Assembly: GCF_030144855.1 (NCBI RefSeq)
Contig: NC_082707.1
Coordinates: 150,970,001-151,034,000, forward strand
From: Hypanus sabinus
Lineage: Eukaryota
Direction: 5' to 3'
Length of the DNA: 64,000 nucleotides
The notes under the pieces: model-generated
Databases searched by the model: none
Told to the model about the DNA's origin: nothing
The model's input: the letters and a program-made list of their open reading frames with translations, nothing else
Shown: in pieces, positions 52,693-64,000 of the stretch
Layout of the letters: every line of letters starts with the position of its first letter
Numbering within the stretch: position 1 is the first letter of the stretch
Made by a program: the position numbers and the translations under genes

Positions 52693-53745
52693 TCAGTTCC
52701 ATTTAATATCAGAGAAATGTATACACCATACAACCTGAAATTCTTGTGCTTCATGGATAGCCACAAAAACAGAACAGTGCCCTGAAGAATAAATGACAGT
52801 AAAAACATTAAAACCCCAAAGCAACTCCAACTTCCCCACACAAAAGAAGCAGGAGGGTAATGACCCACTCACTCCCCCACTTACCTCATCAAAAAAAGAC
52901 ATCAGCATCCCCCACCCACCGAACAAGCAATAGAAAAGCCCTCGAGATACCATGATCTGCAGTACAACAAAAACTAATTGATTACCTGATAACTCAACAT
53001 ACCACAGGCTCTCTCTCTCCAGTAGAGGGACAGAGAGATGTCGCCCATTCACAGTGAGAGGGGAGACACAAACAAAGCAACTCACTGATTTCCAATGATA
53101 AAGTCTGCCACGTCACTTTTTTTTAGGTTCTCTGACTTGAGAATTGCCAACATATTCTCCTCCACCAACAAGAGAGAGCGAGCACTGCAGGTTTCTGCAA
53201 ATAAAATGAAGTGAGATGTTTGATGTTTAACAGATCCCGTAACACATTTTTATGAACTCCCTAACCCACACATAAAAACTTTCATGTTATAATGTCGTCA
53301 CATCAGACCTGCCTCTTAAAGTGAAACCCCAATTCAAAGCCAGTGGTTGTCAATTATGTACATTTCTGCCAATTAAATTACCCTACAGCATGATTTTCAG
53401 AATACAGAGCTCCTGATAGCAGCTCAGCTGTTCCTGATGCTCCATTTGCTTCTGTGACTTTTCAGTCACCAGCACCGGCATTCAGCTTGTCTATAGCTCT
53501 GCAAAGGCTCTGAACCTCAAAGGCACCCTCATCTTCTAGACCGTATGCTTGTGATGCCGAAAAATGGCCAGCCGCAAACCCCCGGCAGTTCGTTCCACCA
53601 TCACAAGGATCCAAAGTCTGAGTATAGCTCAGGGTCTCGGACAGAACCCCATCTAATTTGAACAGGAAAAAGAAAGACACTAAAGGTAGAAATTAAGATC
53701 TTCCTGCAGATAAGCTCGAAGGAGTCGCTGTCAAGTGCCATCATA
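52693..53745 (-). mobile_element. Non-autonomous retroposon with Rex1-like 3' tail (possibly with an LTR piece at ~53200-53390)
   Basis: Minus-strand 3' end 'gaatttcaggttgtatggtgtatacatttctctgatattaaatggaac'; 5' end ATGATGGCAC; no coding remnant. Confidence 0.5.
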
Positions 53746-53930
53746 GGCCCGCCCAGTTTGATGGCTTGATGGATTCTTTCTTGGATTCAGGCTTATGGCT
53801 TATATGTAATATTAATGTTCTTTTGTAAGTCAGAGGGTTGTTATGTCCAATATATTCATGGACTAATGGATGAAGAATGGCGATTAAAGTGTCTAATTGA
53901 TCATGCAAGGATGCTGAACACCATGTTAAC

Positions 53931-56900
53931 ACCATAAGACCATAAGATATAGGAACAGAATTAGGCCATTTGGCTCATAGAGTCTACGCCACCACTTCAT
54001 CATGTCTGATCCAATTTTCCTCTCAGCCACAGTCTCCTGCCTTCTCACCATATCTCTCCATGCTCTGACCAAACAAGAATCTATCAACCTCTGCCTTAAA
54101 TATACATAAAGACTTGGCCTCCACAGCTGCCAGAGGCAAACAAGTTCACAGATTCACCACTCTCTAGCTAAAGAAATTCCTCCTCATCTCCATTCTAAAA
54201 GGATTCCCCTCTGTTCTGAGTTTGTGTCCTGTGGCCATCAAATAGTCTTTATATGACAAGCAGTTCAATTCTAGAAACATTTTTGTGAATCCCCTTTGGA
54301 TCCTTTCCAAGTTCAGCACATCCTTTCCATGATAAGGGGCCCAAAGCTGCTCACAATACTCCAAGTGAGGCACCGCCAGTGCTTTATAAAGCCTCAACAT
54401 TACATCCTTGCTTTTATATTCTAGTCCTCTTGAATTGAATGCTAACATTGCATTTGCCTTCCTCACCACAGACCCAACCTGCAAATTAACTTTTAGCGAA
54501 TCTTGCACAAGGACTCTTAAGTCCCTTTGCATCTCAGTTTTTGTGTTTTCTTTCCATTTAGAAGATGGTCAACCCTTTCACTTTTTCAACAAAATTACAT
54601 GACCATACACTTACTGGCCCTATACCCCAACTGCCATTTCTTTGCCCATTCTCCTAATCTGCCAAAGCCCTTTTGTAGCCTTTCTACTTTCTCAAAATCA
54701 TCTGCCCCTCTACCTATCTTTATATCATCGGCAAACCTTTCAACAAAGCCATTAATTCCATATTCAAATCACTGACATATAACGTAAAAAGAATCGGCCC
54801 CGACACTGAACATCATGAGTCACCAACAGCCAACCAGAAGTGGCTCCCTTTATTCCCATTCTTTGCCTCCTGCCAATCAGCCTCTGCTTTATTTATGCTA
54901 GAATTTTTCCTGTAATACCATGGGCTCATAACCTGTTAAGCAGCCTCATGTGTGGCACCTTGCCAAAGGCCTTCTGAAAATCCAATTATACAACATCAAC
55001 CAAATCTCCTTCTTACTTCTTTAAAGTATTCTAGCAGATTTGTCAGGCAATACATTCCCATGAGGAAACATTGCTGCCCATGACCTATTTTATCATGTGC
55101 CTCCAAGTATACCGAGACTTCATCCTTAATAATCGAATCTCACATTTTTCCAACCACTGATGTGATACTAACAAGCCTATAGTTTCCTTTCTTCTGCCTC
55201 TCTCCCTTCCTGAAGAGTGGAGTGACATTTGCAACTTTCAAGTCTTCCTGAACCATTCCAGAATCTAGTGATTCTTGAAAGATCGTTACTTACTAAAGCC
55301 TCCACGATCTCTTCAACCACTTCTTTCAGAACTCCGGGTGTATGCCATCTGGTCCAGGTGACTTATCTACCTTCAGACCTTTTAGCTTCCCAGGAACCTT
55401 CTCTCTAGTTATGGCTACTTCACACAGCACATGCACCCTGACACCTGAAACTTCCACCACATTGCTATTGTTTTCCACAGTGAAGACTGTTGCAAAACAC
55501 ATATTCAGTCCATCCACCATTTCAGTGTCTCCCATTTCTACCTCTCTAGCATTATCTTCCAGTGGTCTGATATCCACTCCCGTCTCCCTTTTACACTTCA
55601 TATATCTGAAGAAACTTCTGGTGTTCTCTTTAATAATATTGGCTAGCCTACTTTTGTATTCCATCTTTACATTCCTAATGACTTTTTTAGTTGGTTTCTG
55701 CGGGTATTTGAAGGCTTCCCAATCCTTTACATTCCTAATGATTTTTTGCATTATTTTATGCCTTCTCTTTGGCTTTTATGTTGGCTTTGACTTCTCTTGT
55801 TAGCCACCGTTGTGTCATCTTCCCTTTAGAACACTTCTTCTTCTTTTGGATGTATATATCCTGTGCCTTCTGAATTGATTCCACATGTTCCAGCCATATC
55901 TGCTCTGTGGTCAATCCCTGCCAATATTCCTTTCCAATGAACTATGGCCTACTTGACTCTCATGCCTCTATATTTCCCTTTACTCCACTGTAATACTGAT
56001 GCATCTGAATTTAGCTTCTCAAATTTTAGTGTGAATTCAATCATATTAAGATCACTTGCCCCTACAAGCTCTTGTACCTTAAGATCTTTAATCAATTCTG
56101 GTTCATTGCACAACACCCAATCCAGAGTAGCTGATCGCCTAGCTGGTCTTAACCACGAACATCTCTAAAAAGCTGTTTCATAAGCATTCTACAAGCTCCC
56201 TCTCCTGTATGCCAACACCAACCTGATTGTTCCAATCTAACTTATTGGTGAAATCCCCCATGACTACTGTAACATAGACCTTTTGGCATGCACACTCCAT
56301 CTCCCATGTAATTTGGAGGCCACATCCATACTATTGTTTAGGGGTCTATATAGAACTTGAATCAAATACTTTCTACACTTGTAGATCTTTAGCTCTATCC
56401 ACGATGATTGAACACTTTCCAACCTTATGTCATCTCTTTCTAATGATATGATTTCAGTTTTTTTTTTACCAACAGAGCAACACCACCCCCTCAGACTTCC
56501 TACTTATCCTTTTGATACAATGTATATCCTTGAACATTGAGCACCCCAGCTATAATCTTTCTGTCTTGATTCAGTGATGCTTACAACATCGTACCTGCCA
56601 ATCTGCAACTGTGCTGCAAGTTCTCCAACATTATTCTGTAGGCTGGCATCATTCATATTTAACACCTTCAGTCCTGTATTCACCCTTTTCAATTTTGTCT
56701 GCTTTTTTATGTTGCAACTCATCCTGTTTTGACTGCAGTGTGGCCCTAGCAACAGCCTCTCCTCACTACACATTGCCTCTATTTGTAAACCAGCTACCTC
56801 ATCTTCAGCACTATTATCCACCTTTCCTGTGATATCTCTTGCATTAAAATATAGGCAACTCAAGACATTTGTGGCACCATGCTCAATCTTTAGATTCCTA

Positions 56901-59900
56901 ATTTTGTTTGATGTCTTACCCATATCTGCCTCCACAATCTCTCCACTAACTATTCTGGCACTCTGGTTCCCATCCCCTCAAGTCTAGTTTAAACCCTTCC
57001 ATGCGGCATTAGCAAATTCTTCTGTTAGGACATAGTCCCCCTTCAGTTCAGGTGCAAATCCCTTCTGTACAGGTCCCACCTTCACTGGCAGAGATCTAAT
57101 GAACTAAAAATCCTATGTCCTCCCTCTTATACAAACTGTTTAGCCATGTAGCACATGGCATGAGTAGCAAACCTATGATCACAACCATGTAAGTCCTGCC
57201 CTTTAACTTAGCACCTAACAAATAAAAGCTCAAACAAATAAATAGAGGGCTACCTCAAGCGGAGCGGCCTGTGGAAAGTGGCCAGTGAAGGAGTGGAGAT
57301 TTGAGGCTTTGACTTGAGAGATTCTGGCAGTTTGGGCAGTTGTACTGTGCAATCAAGTCAATCAAGATTTGAATAGCTCAGCAGAAAGCCGTTGATTAGA
57401 TTATCAAGATTGAATAGCTCAGACTCAGCAGTGAGCAGCTGATTGGGCAATTGAGGTCAGGTGACCAAGCAGTTTGAAAAGCTTAAACAAATAAATAGAG
57501 GGTTACCTCAAGCGGAGCGGCCAGTGTGTGAGCATGCCATTGAAGGAGTGGCGATATGAGGATTTGACTCGAGAGGCTTCGACGAGCTTCACTCCAAGTG
57601 AGGTAAGGCTGGGTAAGTTCCTTTCAAAGGAGAAAGTTTCAAAAGTTGAGGCAAGTATTGGGTAGGTCATGGCAGCTAAGATCGGCCCTGTGGTTTGTTC
57701 ATCCTGCAGCATGTGGGAAATCAGGGATTCTTCCAGTGTCCCTGACAACTACGTGTGCAGGAAGTGTGTCCAACTGCAGCTTCTGGCAGACCGCATTGAG
57801 CATCTGGAGCTGCGATTGGATTCATGCTGGAGCATCCGCGATGCTGAGAAAGTTGTGAATAGCACGTTCAGTGAGTTGGCCACACCGCAGGTAAAGGCTA
57901 CACAGGCAGAAAGGGAAGGAGTGGCCACTAGACAGCGTAGCAGTAGGCAGGTAGTGCAGGAGTCCCCTGGCAAAATCTCCCTCCTAAACAGATAGACTGT
58001 TTTGGATACTGTTGGGGGAGATGTCTCATCAGGGGGAGGCTGAGTTCATTGCATCATGGGTGTCTCTGCGGCACAGGAGGGAAGGAAAAGGAGTGGGAGA
58101 GCTAGAGTGATAGGGGATTCGATTGTAAGGTGAATAGATAGGCATTTCTGCGGCTGCAAACGAGACTCCAGGATGGTATGTTGCCTCCCTGGTGCAAGGG
58201 TCAAGGATGTCTCAGAGCGGCTGCAGGCCATTCTGGAATGGGAGGGTGAACAGCCAGTGGTCGTGGTGCACATAGGTACCAACGATATAGGTAAAAAACA
58301 GGATGAGGTCCTACAAGGCGAATGTAGGGAGTTAGGAGTTAAACTAAAAAGTAGGACCACAAAGGTAATAATCTCTGGATTACTACCAGTGCCATGTGCT
58401 AGTCAGAGTAGAAATAGGAGGATATTTCAGATGAATACGTGGCTTGAAAAATTGTGCAAGGGGGAGGGATTCAAATTTCTGGGGCATTGGAACCAGTTCT
58501 GGGGGAGGTGGGACCAGTATAAACAGGACAGTCTGCACCTGGGCTGGACTGGAACCAATGTCCTAGGGGGAGCGTTTGCTACTGCTGTTCAGGAGGCTTT
58601 AAACTAATGTGGCAGGGGGATGGGAACAAGTGCAGAGAGACAGAGGGGTGTAAAATGATGGTAGAAGAAAAAAAGTAGTAAGGTGAAAAGTAAAAGTGGC
58701 AGGCAGGCAAATCCAGGGCAAAAAGCAAAAAGAGCCATTTTTCAACATAATTGTATAAGGGCGAAGAGTGTTGTAAAAACAAGCCTGAAGGCTTTCTGTG
58801 TCAATGCAAGGAGCATTCGTAACAAGGTGGATGAATTGAATGTGCAGATAGTTATTAATGAATATTATATAGTTGGGATCACAGAGACATGGCTCCAAGG
58901 TGACCAAGGATGGGAGCTCAACATCTAGGGATATTCAATATTCAGGAGGGCTAGACAGGAAGAAAGAAAAGGAGGTGGGGTAGCATTGCTGGTTAGAGAG
59001 GAGATTAACACAATAGAAAGGAAGGACATTAGCCTGGAGGATGTGGAATCGATATGGGTAGAGCTGCAATACACTAAGGGGCAGAAAACACTGGTGGGAG
59101 TTGTGTACAGGCCACCTAACAGTAGTAGTGAGGTTGGGGATGGCATTAAACAGGAAATTAGAAATGTGTGCAATAAAGGAACAGTAGTTATAATGGATGA
59201 CCAATCTACATATAGATTGGGTGAACCAAATTGGTAAGGGTGCTGAGGAAGAGGATTTCTTGAAATGTATGCGGGATGGTTTTCTGAACCAACATGTCGA
59301 GGAACCAACTACAGAGTAGGCCATTCCAGATTGGGTATTGAGCAATGAGGAAGTGTTAGTTAGCAATCTTGTCGTGCGAGGCCCCTTCGGTAAGAGTGAC
59401 CATAATACGGTGGAATTCTTCATTAAGATGGAGAGTGACATAGTTAATTCAGAAACAAAGGTTCTGAACTTAAAGAGGGGTAACTTTGAAGGTATGAGAG
59501 GTGAATTAGCTATGATAGACTGGCAAATAATACTTAAAGGGTTGACGGTGAATATGCAATGGCAAGTATTTAAAGATGGCATGGATGAACTACAACAATT
59601 GTTCATCCCAGTTTGGCAAAAGAATAAACCAGAGAAGGTAGTGCACCCATGGCTGACAAGGGAAATTGGGGATAGTATCAAGTCCAAAGAAGAAACATAT
59701 AAATTAGCAAAAAAATGCGGCACACCTGAGGACTGGGAGAAATTCAGAGACCAGCAGAAGAGGACAAAGGGCTTAATTAAGAAAGGGGAAAAAAGATTAT
59801 GAGAGAAAGCTGGCAGGGAACATAAAAACTGACTCTAAAAGCTTTTATAGATACGTGAAAAAAAAAGATTGGTCAAGACAAATGTAGGTCCTTTACAGTC

Positions 59901-62245
59901 AGAAACAGGTGAATTGATCATAGGGAACAAAGTCATGGCAGACCAATTGAATAACTACTTTGGTTCTGTCCTCACTAAGGAGGACATAAATAATCTTCCG
60001 GAAATAGTAAGGGACCAAGGGTCTAGTGAGATGGAGGAACTGAGGGAAATACATGTTAGTAGGGAAGTGATGTTGGGTAAATTGAAGGGATTAAAGGCAG
60101 ATAAATCCCCAGGGCCAGATGGTCTGCATCCCAGAGTGCTTAAGGAAGTAGCCCAAGAAATAGTGGATTCATTGGTGATAATTTTTCAAAACGCCTTAGA
60201 TTCTGGATTAGTTACTGAGGATTGGAGGGTGGCTAATGTAACCCCACTTTTTTAAAAAAGGAGGGAGAGAGAAACCGGGGAATTATAGACTGGTTAGTCT
60301 GAGATCGGTGGTGGGGAAAATGCTAGAGTCGGTTATCAAAGATGTGATAACAGCACATTTGGAAAGAGGTGAAATCATCGGAGAAAGTCAGCATGGATTT
60401 GTGAAAGGAAAATCATGTCTGACAAATTTTATAGAATTTTTTGAAGATGTAACCAGTAGAGTGGATAGGGGAGAGCCAGTGGATGTGGTATATTTAGATT
60501 TTCAAGAGGCTTTTGACAAGGTCCCATACAGGAGATTAGTGTGCAAACTTAAAGCACACGGTATTGGGGGTATGGTATTGATGTAGATAGAGAATTGGTT
60601 GGCAGACAGGAAGAAAAGAGTAAACGGGACCTTTTCAGAATGGCAGGCAGTGATTTGTGGGGTACCGCAAGGCTCAGTGCTGGGACCCCAGTTGTTTACA
60701 ATATATATTAATGACATAGATGAGGGAATTAAATACAGCATCTCCAAGTTTGCAGATGACACGAAGCTGGGTGGTGGTGTTAGCTGTGAGGAGGATGCTA
60801 AGAGGATGCAGGGTGACTTGGATAGGTTAGGTGAGTGGGCAAATTCATGGCAGATGCAAGTTAATGTGGATAAATGTGAGGTTAACTACTTTAGTTGCAA
60901 GAACAGGAAAACAGATTATTATCTGAATGGTGGCCGGTTAGAAAAAAGGGAGATGCAATGAGACCTGGTTGTCATTGTACGCCAGTCATTGAAGGTGGGC
61001 ATGAAGGTACAGCAGGCGGTGAAAAAGGCAAATGGTATGTTGACATTCATAGCAAAAGGATTTGAGTACAGGAGCAGGGAGGTTCTACTGCTGTTGTACA
61101 AGGCCTTGGTATGAATATTGTGTGCACTTTTGGTCCCCTAATCTGAGGAAAGACATTCTTGCCATAGAAGGAGTACAGAGGTTCACCTTTGGATTCTGAG
61201 TTGGAAGATCAGCCATGATCATACTGAATGGTGGTGCAGGCTCGAAGGGCTGAATGGCCTACTCCTGCACCTATTTTCTATGTTTCTATCTCCCAGAGCT
61301 CTCTATGCAAAACCTCATGACTTGTCCTGTCTTGTCTTTGTTACCTACATGGACTATGACTTCTGACTGTTCACCTTCCCAATTAAGAATGCTGAGTACT
61401 TGTTCTGAGATATCCTGAACCCAGACAACTGGAAGGAACATACCATCTAGGAATCTCATTCTCATCCACAGAACTCTGTCCATTCCCCTAACTAACGAAT
61501 CCCCTATCACCATAGCTCGCCTTTTCTCCCCCTCTTTTCTTCTGAGTCACAGAGGCAGACTCTATGCCAGAGACATGACCACTGTGACTCTCCTCTTTTA
61601 GGTCAACACCCTCTGTAGTATACAAATTGATATACCTGTTGTTGAGGGGGATGGCAACAGGTATACTCTGCACTGACTACTTAACCACTTTTTCCTTCAG
61701 TTTCCTATGTCCTTCACCTTGAGTGCAAGTACCTCTCTGTATGTCCTACCTATCTACCCCTCACCCTCCTGAATGATCCAGAGTTCATCCACTTCCAGCT
61801 CCAACTCCTTATTGTGGTTTGTTAGAAGCTGCAGCTGGATGCACTTCTTGTGGTTGTAGTGGTCAGGGAAGCTGGAGTCTCCCTGTCTTCCCACATCCTG
61901 CAAGATGAGCATTTCACTATTCTGCCTGGCATTTCTACTGTCCTACCTAAGCAGCTATAAAGAAGAGACTGATTTTAAAAAAACTTGAGCTTTTCTTTTC
62001 TCGTTTTCTCTGACCGAAGCCTCTCTTTGCTGAAGCCTTGAAAAACTAAAGCCTTAAGATCACCACTGACTATGTCCACTGAGATGATGGCTGCTGTGCT
62101 TGCTCCTGCCTTCCTTTAATTTGCTCTTACTGATCAATTCTAGACACCAGTTGGTACCTGTTCAAAGCTCCGTTATGCTGCCGTCACCAGCTACTGCCTT
62201 TTATCCCCGGGCAGTGGACCAGATTGAAGTCCTCTCCTCTCCAAC
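53931..62245 (-). mobile_element. CR1 LINE (chimeric lineage), full length but split by another CR1 (own pieces 53931-57219 and 61290-62245)
   Basis: (CTTATGGT)n tail; RT and APE remnants; the esterase region continues across the insertion ('gcacctaac' ... 'ctcccagagctctctatgc'); GDSLVRG motif at ~61500; 5' UTR matches 44340-44615. Confidence 0.9.
57220..61289 (+). mobile_element. CR1 LINE, near full length (ORF1 57669-58607; ORF2 ~58680-61190), pseudogenised
   Basis: ORF1 CSSC...CRKC + leucine zipper, then GDS/GTND/DxLH esterase; ORF2 NARSIRNK, ITETWL, YRPP, SDH, GKSCLTN, FADD; tail 'ttttctatgtttctat'; several stops and frameshifts, and a deletion near 61190. Confidence 0.95.
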
Positions 62246-62568
62246 AAAGGATGTTTTTGAAAAAAGTCATGGGACTAAAGTTGAAAGTTTGTTTGTCCCT
62301 GTGTGTCTGTCTATGCTTGTGAAATTTCAATTTATTGGTGTACCGTTCCTGATTTCATCAGGCTTTAAACAAGGGCCAGAAATCATGATCTGTGCCAACA
62401 ACCCAGGGGTGGTTACATGAGTGAATTGGAATTTGGGGATCCACTAACAACAGCAACAATCAAGTGGTGACTAAGAATCATGGGCACTGGTATCTTTGTG
62501 AATCCATATAGTATTTTGTGTGGTTTATTTGTGCCTTTCTATTCTATAATAATTAATTAGGCATAAGG

Positions 62569-62704
62569 TGCGTGTGTGTGTGCGCGGTCAAGTAGCTAGT
62601 GCGACACTGAACCCAGGCACGGATGGAAAGCGTGCAAGGCAGCCGGCCAGATTCGAATGCGGGACCTCTCGCCCAGAAGTCCAGTGCTGATGCCACTACG
62701 CCAC
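62569..62704 (-). mobile_element. tRNA-derived SINE with CA-rich end
   Basis: Minus strand GTGGCGTAGTGGCATCAGC (A box) ... ATTCGAATC (B box) ... GCACACACACACGCAC; no complete cloverleaf or acceptor stem. Confidence 0.75.
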
Positions 62705-62709
62705 TTTGT

Positions 62710-63080
62710 TGTGTTAGTATGCTTATTACCAAATCTCCTGGGCACTCAGATAGTTTGGATCTGACCAACCTAACTCTCTACATCAAAGTTCCAGCAATCT
62801 CTTCTCTTTCTTTCCGTAACATCCAAGGATACACTTGGTTAGGCTTAATGCTTTATCCAAGGGATTTCCAGTATATTAAGTCCCAGTGACTGACCATGTG
62901 TATCCTAGGATGTTATGAGAACCAAGAGTATATGTTTCAAGATCTCCAGCACCTCCTTCTTTGTAATGTTGATGTTCTCCAGCATATCGCTGTTGCTTCT
63001 CCGAACTTACCAGCTTCCATGCCTTTCCCTCTGGAGATATTCACTGGTTATAATCTCCAACTTAAGGACTGAGGTGAAGG
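62710..63080 (-). mobile_element. CR1 internal fragment
   Basis: 'caagatctccagcacctccttctttgtaatgttgatgttctccag' matches the CR1 pre-RT region (cf. 5900-5990). Confidence 0.55.
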
Positions 63081-63274
63081 ATATCTGCCTCAAAACTAAA
63101 ATTAATGGTTATGATTAATCAGCTGCATTTTATAAATATAAATTTTGAGAAATGAATGGCATATTAACGTTGCTTTTTCAAATTTAATTTCACCCATTTA
63201 GCAGTATTTGCTTTATAAATGATGAAATGGCTTGTATTTATAGAGTGTCTTTTAAAACCTCAGGAAGAAGTGCA

Positions 63275-63730
63275 GAAAAGATTTATGAGAATGTTTCTGG
63301 GGTGAGAGGTGCCTGAGTTATAGGGAGAGTTTGGCCAGGCTGAGTCTTTATTTCTTGGAACAAGATTGAGAGGTGACCTCACAGAAATATTCAAAATTAT
63401 GACAGGCATAGATAAGGAGGACAGAAACAGTCTTTTTCCAAATTAGGGGAGTTAAAACTAGGGAGGGGGAAATGTGTTAGTGATAGATTAGGTGAGAAGA
63501 GAGAAAATAGTGTGCGGGGCAATGCTTTAACATAGAGGGTGCTGAAGGTGAGTATATGGAACAAGCTGCCAGAAGAAGTGGTTGAGGAAAATACAACAGT
63601 ATAATTTCAGAAGCACTTAGATATGTAGATAGATGGGGTGGGGGTTAAGAGGGAAGTTTGGATTAGCTGGTTGGGAACTGGTTAACATGGATTTGTTGCA
63701 CCAAAAAGCTGGTGTACTGTATAGTCTATA
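63275..63730 (+). mobile_element. CR1 3' fragment
   Basis: 'RFMRMF..LGLYFLEQ..RGDLTEIFKIMTGIDK'-like reading. Confidence 0.75.
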
Positions 63731-63731
63731 T

Positions 63732-64000
63732 TATAATATGAGACTACTTTATGTTTTAGTAATACATTGTTGCATGCGCTATTAGGCGTGTATTGATCTG
63801 TACGTGTGTGCCGCGTTCAGTTTCTACCAGTAAAGAACCATGAATCTCAGCTCCCGTCTCCAGCGTTTTCATTAATAGCATTGTCGTGTAACCAGGCCAC
63901 ATATACAACAAATTGGCGATGAGGTTAATGAACCTACATCGTATCGGGACGCCGTGTTTTAATTGATAATGACGCTTGGAAGAAGAGCGCTAGGGATGAG
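63732..64000 (+). mobile_element. Start of a Gypsy element: 5' LTR (start at 63732 or 63768, end at 63910) + PBS; continues beyond the window
   Basis: ...ACAACA AAT TGGCGATGAG junction has the same form as Gypsy A's LTR-PBS junction; AGTAAA poly(A)-like signal; CpG-rich. Confidence 0.75.

Noticed and set aside
57669-58607. SGNH esterase ORFs as a novel captured enzyme
   Set aside because: Zn-finger/leucine-zipper + esterase ORF1 is an established feature of CR1-group LINEs.
62630-62704. tRNA gene
   Set aside because: A and B boxes are present, but there is no proper acceptor stem and it continues into a SINE body with a CA-rich end.
1-64000. LINE strand bias as evidence for host-gene orientation
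   Set aside because: CR1 and Rex1 copies occur on both strands in similar numbers, so there is no usable signal.

Overview
Vertebrate, repeat-dominated, mostly non-coding DNA. A V-domain (HE1-type) SINE, Deu-domain SINEs and esterase-type CR1 LINEs point to a cartilaginous fish, probably a ray (inference). No intact host protein-coding gene is recognisable, and every ORF-track hit I can identify is a decayed transposon fragment or its antisense. The window holds four large CR1 copies with ORF1 plus many CR1 3' fragments, several Rex1/Babar LINE fragments, an RTE fragment and a Penelope element (GIY-YIG end). It also holds five short Penelope-derived fold-back elements carrying minimal hammerhead-ribozyme motifs, three degenerate Gypsy proviruses, the start of a fourth younger Gypsy, two LTR-only remnants, a hAT (Buster/Charlie) remnant and a Harbinger MITE, often nested several levels deep. 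Most notable: (1) a candidate recursive splice site on the minus strand (polypyrimidine-CAG|GTAAGT at 46841/46840) in unique sequence, suggesting the window lies inside a very long intron; (2) TSD-flanked hammerhead-bearing fold-back Penelope mini-elements; (3) a recombinant CR1 lineage with a duplicated endonuclease start, seen in two independent copies; (4) a weakly supported + strand spliced micro-ORF at 31.8-33.3 kb. Family assignments are by motif recognition, not database search. Boundaries of old elements are approximate.
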